Shown piece after piece: positions 7,922 through 15,676 of a stretch of 19,053 bases of DNA. The notes under the pieces were generated by a model. It saw only the letters and a program-made list of their open reading frames with translations, was not told the DNA's origin and searched no databases. Source of the stretch: Thermodesulfovibrionales bacterium (lineage in GTDB: Bacteria > Nitrospirota > Thermodesulfovibrionia > Thermodesulfovibrionales > SM23-35); NCBI GenBank assembly GCA_963715195.1, contig CAVQRT010000004.1, forward strand, positions 1 through 19,053, written 5' to 3'. The translations under genes were made by a program, and so were the position numbers. Numbering within the stretch: the first letter of the stretch is position 1; each line of letters begins with the position of its first letter.

Positions 7922-8746
7922 CTATCTGACCTGTGCGTTAGTTGAATCGATTGGGTTATTGAATATAGTTCCCATATAAAAGACGCCGCTCTTTACAAAT
8001 ACATATTGATCTAGGGTATATCTGTCACCCTTCGTGCCAGCAGGATAATGATTCCCGATTTTGGAGTCAGGCAACTGCTTCAGATTCAACATATGACCAA
8101 TCTCGTGTGCTATTGTATGCCTGATGAAGCGTGTCGTAACAGCTTCGACACCATCAGCTGCCCCATCTTTCGTCTCACAATTTCTCCCGCATTGTTGATT
8201 AACCCAACTTGCGATGCGCTCCGTGTAAACATACGCGTCACCAAAAGGAATGGGTCCATTCGCAGGCCCTACTGCATCTGTCCATCCCAGAGCATCGTCT
8301 GTGCCGCTCGTATCGGCAGTATCGAGACGCTCCCTCATTCTTGCTGCTTTTTGACCTTCCGTAACACTTTTCGAATTGCAATTGGGCAGATATGCAGCCC
8401 GCCTGGGTGGCAGTAATCTGATGGCTCTGCACCGGACTTTGGGTACCTTTCACAAACTCCAACGGATTATCTAGCAGAGCTAGCAGCGAATTGTTGCTTT
8501 CCGGGGTTACAATGACAAAAAGGTCTTTCACACCTGGAGCGAGCCCCGTATAGGTAGTGCCGGCAGCATAATGGTGAATGTTAGGTTCTTCCGCCGAATC
8601 GGCAAACCCATCGCAGTCGACACCATCTCCCGGCACATCACATGCTGCATGGGATGGTACCTGCATCAGCAATTAATGCAGCGAGCAAGGACTGCCATCA
8701 TAAGCATAAGGTTTACACCAAAATATTTGTCTTTTCTTCTTTGCAT
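7922..8746 (-). CDS. Secreted zincin-like (HExxH) metalloprotease candidate (frameshifted)
   Basis: AGGAGGAA RBS and ATG at 8746 (MQRRKDKYFGVNLMLMMAVLA...VPSHA), Asp-rich DGVDCDGFAD loop, C-terminal RHTIAHEIGHMLNL. Merges ORFs 8238-8672 and 7922-8338. Confidence 0.65.
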
Positions 8747-8773
8747 CGTATTCCTCCTTTCTCTTTATTTATC

Positions 8774-11700
8774 TTATCTTTTCTTTATCTTTGTCTTTAT
8801 CTTCCGTTCATCTTCTTCTCCGTAGATGCTTATCCCTTTTTCTTTAGCAAGTTTCTCAGTAAGCTTGACGCCGATTTTGTCTTTCATTTTTATCGTTTTA
8901 TTCTTGTGATTGATTGTAAATTCAACGTCCGTAGGTATCCACTTGCTTCCGACATCGGTGATGGTGAATTGAACCGCTTCCACCGCTGAGTTTACTTCTT
9001 CAGCAAGGCTTGGTTGGTCTGCCACAAATCCCTCGGGCGGGCTCACTGCGGTGGTCACGGACCAGTCGCCAATGCTGTCGAATACAAAAGGATACAGCTC
9101 CTCGGTTCCGTCCCACTCAACATATTCAGGTTCGATAACCAAGAGCTCAGAGCCGGTGAATTTCCTGTATTTAGCCGGAACTTTTTCATTCTTCGCATTC
9201 ACAATAATCTGGAGCTGTTTATATACAGGAGTCTCTCCGGTAATAGTGCCCACAGATACCCCCGGATAAAGTGTTTCGGTTCTGGACCTTCAATAAATTC
9301 ACCGATCGCAAGGTAATCACCTGCAGGAAGATCGAATACTGCTCTCCCGTTCACATCAGTCATTTCCTGCGCGACATAGAGGCATCCGACAATCGCTCCG
9401 GAACCCCAGATCGATGGGTAATGCTTCCACGAAATGCCCATATTTGCTGCACAGCTCCCCTGGTGACTTGTCATAGATTCTAATAGCCATATTCTGTATC
9501 GGCTCTTTCTTTGTAGCCGGGTGTGTGCCCGGTAGCAACGGTGTGCTTTACTGAGTCTATTGTAAGGGCATGCGCAATAAGGGCTTGATCCTCGTAAACT
9601 TCGACCCCACCCTGCGCAGCGAACAATCCTGCATTGGTTTTCACAGAAACCCTCGGATAAACTCTTACAGAATCTCCCTCAACTGGCATGCCAATACTCC
9701 CGAGGCTCTGAACTGCCTGGGCAGCATCAAACTGGACCGTAATCACACCGTTTTCCGAAATAATGGAGCCCGCCACAACGCCGTTTAAAAGAATCGTTTC
9801 AACGGTACCCGTAACTCTACTTATCTGGGCAGTTATGGTCTCGCTGCTTGATGTTGCCCAGTCGGCATTCCACAATGAGGGGAAGAAGCTTACACCGGCA
9901 GGTGACGGTTCAGTAGTCGGAATATCCGTCGTATTCAGCTCTATTGTGCCTGAGGGTATCGCACCTGTCCAAAGGTTGTAGCACGGAGGATTATCCGTAC
10001 ACGACGTCGTCACCAGCAGGATCAGCAAGGTAATTCGCAAAGGTAACCATCAGTGTGAAAGGCGGGGTAAACATCAGGCGGAGAAAATTTCCGGAGCGAA
10101 CATCCTCGTAAGGTCGCAGTTGAGGGTAAATGGTCCAACGGGAATTGTTACGACATCATCCGGTATTGCAACCGCGGTGATGAAGTCACGATGCGGCACA
10201 ATTTTGCCCAGTGAATCGGTCATGAAAAAGAAACTTCTGTAGCAACTCGGCCGTATCGTCAGAATGTCGTCACCGGTATCGTTGTCAAACGTTATTTGTA
10301 CCCATGATCCTGTCTGGGCAAGACTAGCGGTTAAAGATGAATCACGCTGGTTGACAGCCAATGCTTCTCCTTCTACACTTAAAGAACTATTTCGCTCCCC
10401 GCTTCCCATATTCTCAGCAATATCGAAAATAACAGTCCCATCACCTGTTCCAGTTCCTGAGGTAATATCTATCCAATCATCAGTGGTATTTGCATTCCAT
10501 GCACAGCCTGCAGGTGCGGTTACGGCTACTTTATATCCTATACCACCGGAGGAAGGAGCGTAGAGCTCATTGAGATTGATCGAGTAATCACAGCTTGCGG
10601 AGCTTTGATTAACAGTAGTGAGCATATCTTCTATGACTATAGTGCCATTTCTGCCATCAATTACGGTTTCATTTGCAGCCACTCTATATTCAACTGTTCC
10701 ATTTCCCGAATCCGCCGCCTCCACCTGCTGTTATTTCTATCCAGCCAGGATCATTGTTGGTTGCAGTCCAAGAACAGCCCTCCTGAGTCGTAACACTTAT
10801 GCTGCCCGTGCCGCCCGTCTTCCCAAACGACAGACTGGGGGGGGAAATAGAGTAGGTGCAAGGGCCAGCAGGAGCATTTGTCGCATATTTCAGAGCACCG
10901 TAAGCCACAGTTCCATTCGCTCCATGAAACTCATGATAGCTGATATGGACACTATCATTCGAATCGACTGCTATAGAACTGTATTGTCCAACATCATAAG
11001 CACTGTCAACTGTCTCGATGGCCCATGTACTTCCAGCATTTGTTGCATATTTCAGGTCGCCATTCGTCGCATCATAATAACTAATATGGACTTTGTCATT
11101 TGAATCGATTGCTATTGAACTGTATTGTCCGACGTCGTCTGCGCTATCAACGGTCTCCCTTAGCCAAACTGCCTCAAGAATGTCGTAGACAGCATGTTTC
11201 AGGTCGCCATTCGTTGCATCATAATAGCTAATATGAATATAGCCAAGTGAATCTATCGCTATGGAGCTATATTGCCCGACATCAACGCCTGTTGACTCAT
11301 CGACAATTCCTCGAATCCATCCTACTCCTGAATCATATTGAGCATGTTTCAGCCTTGTGTTTGAGTCATCATAATAGCTGATATGCGGGATATTGGAAGA
11401 ATCCAGTGCTATCGAATTAAAACCGGTTACAGTAATGACAGTGTCGACATTGTTGCCTGTCGTTACAGTAGAGTTTGTATACATGAGCACTACCGAAGAG
11501 TTAATGTGGCTTATGTGAAGTGAATCGTCGGAACCAAGTGCTATAGATGTATATTCACCGCCACTTGTTGAACCAACAGTAGTTGTTGTCCATGTCCCTA
11601 CGTTCGTCGCATATTTGAGCCTATCGGAAGCCCTGTTGTAATAGCTGATATGCACATTATCAGCCGAATCGACTGCTATGGAACTGTATTCTCCCACAAA

Positions 11701-12040
11701 GCCCGCACTGTCGATGGTTATAGGAACCCATGACCCTCTGAACCCTGATGCATATTTAAGACGGCCCCCGGGGGGCGATGAACCTGCTATTGAGTCGAAA
11801 TAGCTGATATGCACGATGTCGTTTGAATCTACAGCTATCGAACTATATTGTCCCAGAAATTCCTCAACATATTCCTCACTTCCTATAAGTGGTATATCAA
11901 CAGTTTCTGTCTGCCACGCTCCCAACGCGAGAGTAGGCATCAACGACATTATTAGAATGCCTGCCATCAGGAAGAACATCATCTGCAAGATACCAGATGC
12001 TTCCTGTCTCCTTTCTAAAATAAGATAAAGCTTTCATCAT
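8774..12040 (-). CDS. Large secreted protein (about 1080 aa): 7-bladed beta-propeller, 2 BACON-like domains, uncharacterised beta-rich C-terminal domains (multiply frameshifted)
   Basis: AGGAGGTTAA-ATG at 12040, signal peptide, seven GQYSSIAVDSxDxVHISYYD repeats, two CxYSI...GCxWxA...WI...GxGTV...RN BACON-type units. ORFs 10690-11988, 10074-10724, 9480-10040, 9356-9538, 9199-9474 and 8774-9253 join by single-base shifts with no intervening RBS or signal peptide. Confidence 0.75.
10880..11860 (-). repeat. Intragenic tandem repeats encoding propeller blades
   Basis: Near-identical DNA, e.g. TTCAGGTCGCCATTCGTCGCATCATAATAACTAATATG (11051) versus TTCAGGTCGCCATTCGTTGCATCATAATAGCTAATATG (11198). 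Confidence 0.8.
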
Positions 12041-12134
12041 TTAACCTCCTTTTTCTCTAAAAAAATCCATTTCTTTAAAGCATAATTTCTTATCAACGAA
12101 ACCTCCTCCTTTTTCTAAATAACCTGAAATCTAT

Positions 12135-14145
12135 TTATTTATTAACCGAATGGCTTTCCCTAAGTCTCTTCATCTCCCTCGCATTATCCAGATTGCTGAC
12201 AAATGCCGGGTTCAATCTCGCCGCTATCTCAAACTGACGTATAGCTTCATCAAGCCTCTGCTTGCTTCCATAAGCTACACCGAGATTATTATGGGCGTCA
12301 GCATAATCAGGCTTTAGCGGCACAGCTATCTGGAATTGTTCAATTGCTTTGTCTGTCAAACCTTTCATCGCATAAGCTAATCCCAGATTGTTATGGGCCT
12401 GCGCAAATTCCGGATTGAACTCAATCGCACGCTGATGCTCTGTGATTGCTTCGTCTGTCAAACCCTTACGTGCATAAGCAAGGCCGAGATTATCATACGC
12501 TTGCGCAAAATACGGATTCACCTTAAGTGCATGCTCATATTGCTCAATTGCCTCTATCAATCCATCCTTTTCGCATATACGCCAACCCAAGATTATTGAA
12601 GGCTTCAGCATCGTTAGCATTCAACTGCAGAGCGTACTTGAACTGCCCGATTGCCTGATCAATCATCCCTTCCTTTCCATAAGCCACCCCAAGATTATTA
12701 TGGGCCTCAGCAAAATCTGGTTTTATTCTTATTGCAATCTGATAATGCTCTATCGCCTTATCTATCTGACTCCTTTCATCTAAAATATTTCCAAAGTTGA
12801 TATGCGGTATTGCACCATCGGGTGACTTTGTGACCATATCCAAATACAGGTTGTAATCATCCTTCCAATCCTTATTCCTGTTTATCGTCCCGATTGAATA
12901 GAACCCAGTAATCACCAGAGGAATTGCGGCAAAACCTTTAGCCCCTCCGGGCATACGAACCTGCGCCCACATAATCGCCATTGAAATCAAGAACACGAAA
13001 CCCACCGACGGAAGATAAAGATATCTCTCGGCAAACGCATTCTCACCCACGCCCGCGATATACAGAACCGGCAGGAGAGGAATAGCGACAAGAGCCAGAC
13101 AGAAAAAGACTGACCTGTTTTTCCTCCATGATAGAAAGGCTGATGCTGCAAAAGCTATTGCGACACATACAGACAGAATCCCTTTAACCTCGAAAAGTGA
13201 CGAGATCGGATGGAATACATGAAAAGCATTAAGGTTTATTGGAAGAAGAAGTTTTTCGAGATACTGGCTGAAGAGAGGGAATACATTAATAATATGCTGA
13301 TACGTATTTAGCTCCGTGTGATGTTTATGAGGTGCGAATGCTCCGAGAGCTTGGAACCGCAGAAGGAAATACATTCCAGTAACAAAAAGAAAAGGTGCAT
13401 ATCTTTTCAAATAATCAGAGAGGTTGTATTGAGCTTTCCTGAAACTTAAATCATATGCAACAAGGATTATCGGAAGGGTCAATGCTGTCTCCTTGGATAA
13501 GGTGGCCACAAAGAACGAAAGGACCGAAAAAATGTATGCTGTTGAATAAATTTCCTTGGAGCGAATATAGAGATAAAGAGAAAGGAGAAGGAAAAAAACA
13601 AAGGCAAGTTCCGGCAGTCCAGACACCCAACTTACTGCCTCTGTATGGACCGGATGTGCAGCAAATAACGTTCCAGCAGCAAATGACGGGAAAAGATAAG
13701 ATGTTGAAGTTGATGAACAGAATTCCCTGAAAAGTGTGCCAGCCAAAATGAAAACCAGAACTGATACGCCTGCGTGAAACAGCACATTCACTCCGTGAAA
13801 AGCTAGAGGGTTCAATCCTGACACACGATAGTTCAACATAAACACCATATACATGAAGGGACGGTAGTAATTTGAAACCTTTGAACCTTTGAATCCCCAC
13901 GTGTTCGAAGAAAAAATATCACCGACATATTTGGCATCCTTAATCCAGTGGTTTTCCACCACCTGCATCTTGTCGTCATAAACAAATCCGTGAGAAAGCG
14001 TGTTGAAATAAACCGCACAAGATATGACGGCGATAATAATTGCCGGAAGCAGTAATTTTGCCCCCGACGGTCTCTGCTGCAATTTCTTTTGTAATTTTGT
14101 TTTGTCAATTTTTTTCGAACTCTTTTTCAAAACCATTCGGTTCAT
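12135..14145 (-). CDS. TMTC-like (GT-C fold) membrane glycosyltransferase with C-terminal TPR repeats (one frameshift near 12555)
   Basis: FVYDD, YYRP, HPVHTEAVSW, SKETA, AERYLYLPS and RNKDWKD motifs, many TM helices, repeated AHNNLG(V/L)AY TPRs. Removing one A restores RKGWIDEAIEQY. Confidence 0.85.
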
Positions 14146-14149
14146 TCGA

Positions 14150-14520
14150 ATGTAACAGTACTGCCATAACAGACTGTTAATGCTATGTGAAAAATAGGCT
14201 ATAAAACTCTATTCTCTATTTATATGAGGGGTTGAATATAGAAATAACTTAATATATAAATCATACAAAGTTATCGATAATTGTCAATTGCCTTATGGTT
14301 TTAATCTAAATAATATTTAGGTGTAATTTTTTATAAAACTATAGTTTTAAATACTGTCTCAATGTTAACTTTTCATCAGCGCCCTTCACTTGCCTATCAG
14401 ACATGCACGGTCACAGATACCTTTTTTTCTGCTCTGTATTTTTTTGGGGATACATCTCCACCGATAATTGTGAAAAAACAGTATTGTGTATGATAACAAT
14501 ATTCCTGCTAAATTAGTATG
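14150..14520. promoter_or_regulatory. AT-rich upstream control region with several palindromes
   Basis: TAACAGACTGTTA (14167-14179), TTATCGATAA (14271-14280), CTAAATAATATTTAG (14306-14320), TAAAACTATAGTTTTA (14334-14349); lies upstream of the first gene of the cluster. Confidence 0.5.
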
Positions 14521-14630
14521 AGATTATTGCTTTTTTTCTTGGTAATATTGCTCTTTAGAAAAAAAACTTTAAAGGTGGCAGGGAACAAAATGAACTACCC
14601 ACCAGCAAGCAAGCTACGATGTATGAAAAA

Positions 14631-14781
14631 TGTCATTCCGGCTTGTTTGCCCGCCGTCTTTTTGGAGGGGCCGGAATCTTTCCTCAGAAACACACCCCTT
14701 TATCCCCTCTTGATAGAGGGGACCCGGAAGGATTCTCGCTTCAGGCGAGTCGCCGAGGAGACACGCCAAGCGGGAATGACA
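14631..14781. repeat. REP-like doublet with nested palindromic insertions
   Basis: TGTCATTCCGGCTTGT[24-nt insert]CCGGAATCTTTC ... TCCCCTCTTGATAGAGGGGA hairpin ... GATTCTCG[27-nt insert]CCAAGCGGGAATGACA. Confidence 0.8.
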
Positions 14782-14830
14782 GAAAAGCGGAAATATTTAC
14801 TCCGATGAAGGGCATAGAGGAATTCTTTGA

Positions 14831-15245
14831 TTAAACCGGCCATATTTTAAATGCCGTCTTGCTGCGAACGCGGTAAGTAGCAAAACCCTTTCGATTGAGA
14901 GTTAATATTTCGCTAATCTCCATCTCTTCAGCAAGGGTCACAAGTGTAGCATCAGCAAAATCCATTGGAATATCTGCATACTTTGCCATGAGGGCAGATG
15001 CACGGGATAAGCTCTCCACTGATTGAGGGATGAGAGTTGCACCACCCTTTACCAATAAAATCAATGCATAATATCTGAGCTTTCACCGAAGAAGCAAGCA
15101 GATAAATGGTCTCTGTAAGTACCGGTTCAGTGGTAAAGAGATTACCCTTGAACTCTTTGAAAAATCCTATGCACCGCTCATGGTTTCTCTCGCTTTTGTC
15201 CAGCAAAGCCACAAATACGTCGGTATCAAGCAGCACGCTACGCAC
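14831..15245 (-). CDS. vapC: PIN-domain VapC toxin (frameshift near 15055)
   Basis: VLLDTD...TEPVLTET in ORF 14952-15245 and PMDFADATLV...ILTLNRKGF in ORF 14831-15064; start overlaps the antitoxin stop. Confidence 0.88.
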
Positions 15246-15495
15246 GACGTTTAAATCTTTTCAAAAGGTGTTCCCTGTGTGACTCACCGAGGTCAGGGAT
15301 GCCGCTCTTAACCTTTCCAAGAAGGCTCTTCACTTTTTCATAGGGATTGCTCTCTTCTTTTTCCCCGGCTTGTTTGACGAAACTTTCCAATGCCATGCGC
15401 ACGATATCCGCACGCTTCAGGTGAAGCTTTTTGGCAAGCATCGTGATATCTTTTTCGAGGCTGTCAGGTAATCTGACCGTCAGTTGAGAGTTCAT
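15238..15495 (-). CDS. vapB: Ribbon-helix-helix (CopG-type) VapB antitoxin
   Basis: QLTVRLP strand, KRADIVRMAL helix and SGIPDLG tail; GAAAGGAG RBS; directly upstream of the PIN toxin. Confidence 0.85.
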   Translation of the reverse strand: MNSQLTVRLPDSLEKDITMLAKKLHLKRADIVRMALESFVKQAGEKEESNPYEKVKSLLGKVKSGIPDLGESHREHLLKRFKRRA

Positions 15496-15521
15496 GTAAC
15501 TGTGCTCCTTTCGTAAACTTC

Positions 15522-15550
15522 ATTGTGATGCATTGCAGTGCATTAGTCAA
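15522..15550 (-). promoter_or_regulatory. sigma70-type vapBC promoter with a palindromic operator in the spacer
   Basis: TTGACT-17 nt-CACAAT; the spacer contains ATGCA-CTGCAA-TGCAT. Confidence 0.65.
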
Positions 15551-15606
15551 AGCTTCTTCAATGTGCCATTGACTTGATTGGCCGACTTCATTTTAGCGGG
15601 GATCCA

Positions 15607-15634
15607 GAAAGATTCCGGACAAGCCGGAATGACA
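15607..15634 (-). repeat. REP-like hairpin, single copy
   Basis: Reverse complement TGTCATTCCGGCTTGTCCGGAATCTTTC equals 14631-14682 with its 24-nt insert removed. Confidence 0.85.
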
Positions 15635-15676
15635 CTTTAGCGACCTATGATGATATTTCGCTTTCTGAGATAGGTC

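Noticed and set aside
10880..11860. DGR template/variable repeat pair
   Set aside because: The repeats are in-frame blades of one protein, show no evident adenine-specific pattern, and no reverse transcriptase is present.
13871..13898. GGATTCAAAGGTTCAAAGGTTTCAAA inside the TMTC-like gene, resembling the octamer repeat
   Set aside because: Short, in frame within a variable loop (WGFKGSKVSN), lacks the AGTG end; chance is sufficient.
14518..14834. ORFs 14518-14808 and 14619-14834
   Set aside because: Composed largely of nested palindromic repeats, with no recognisable protein features.
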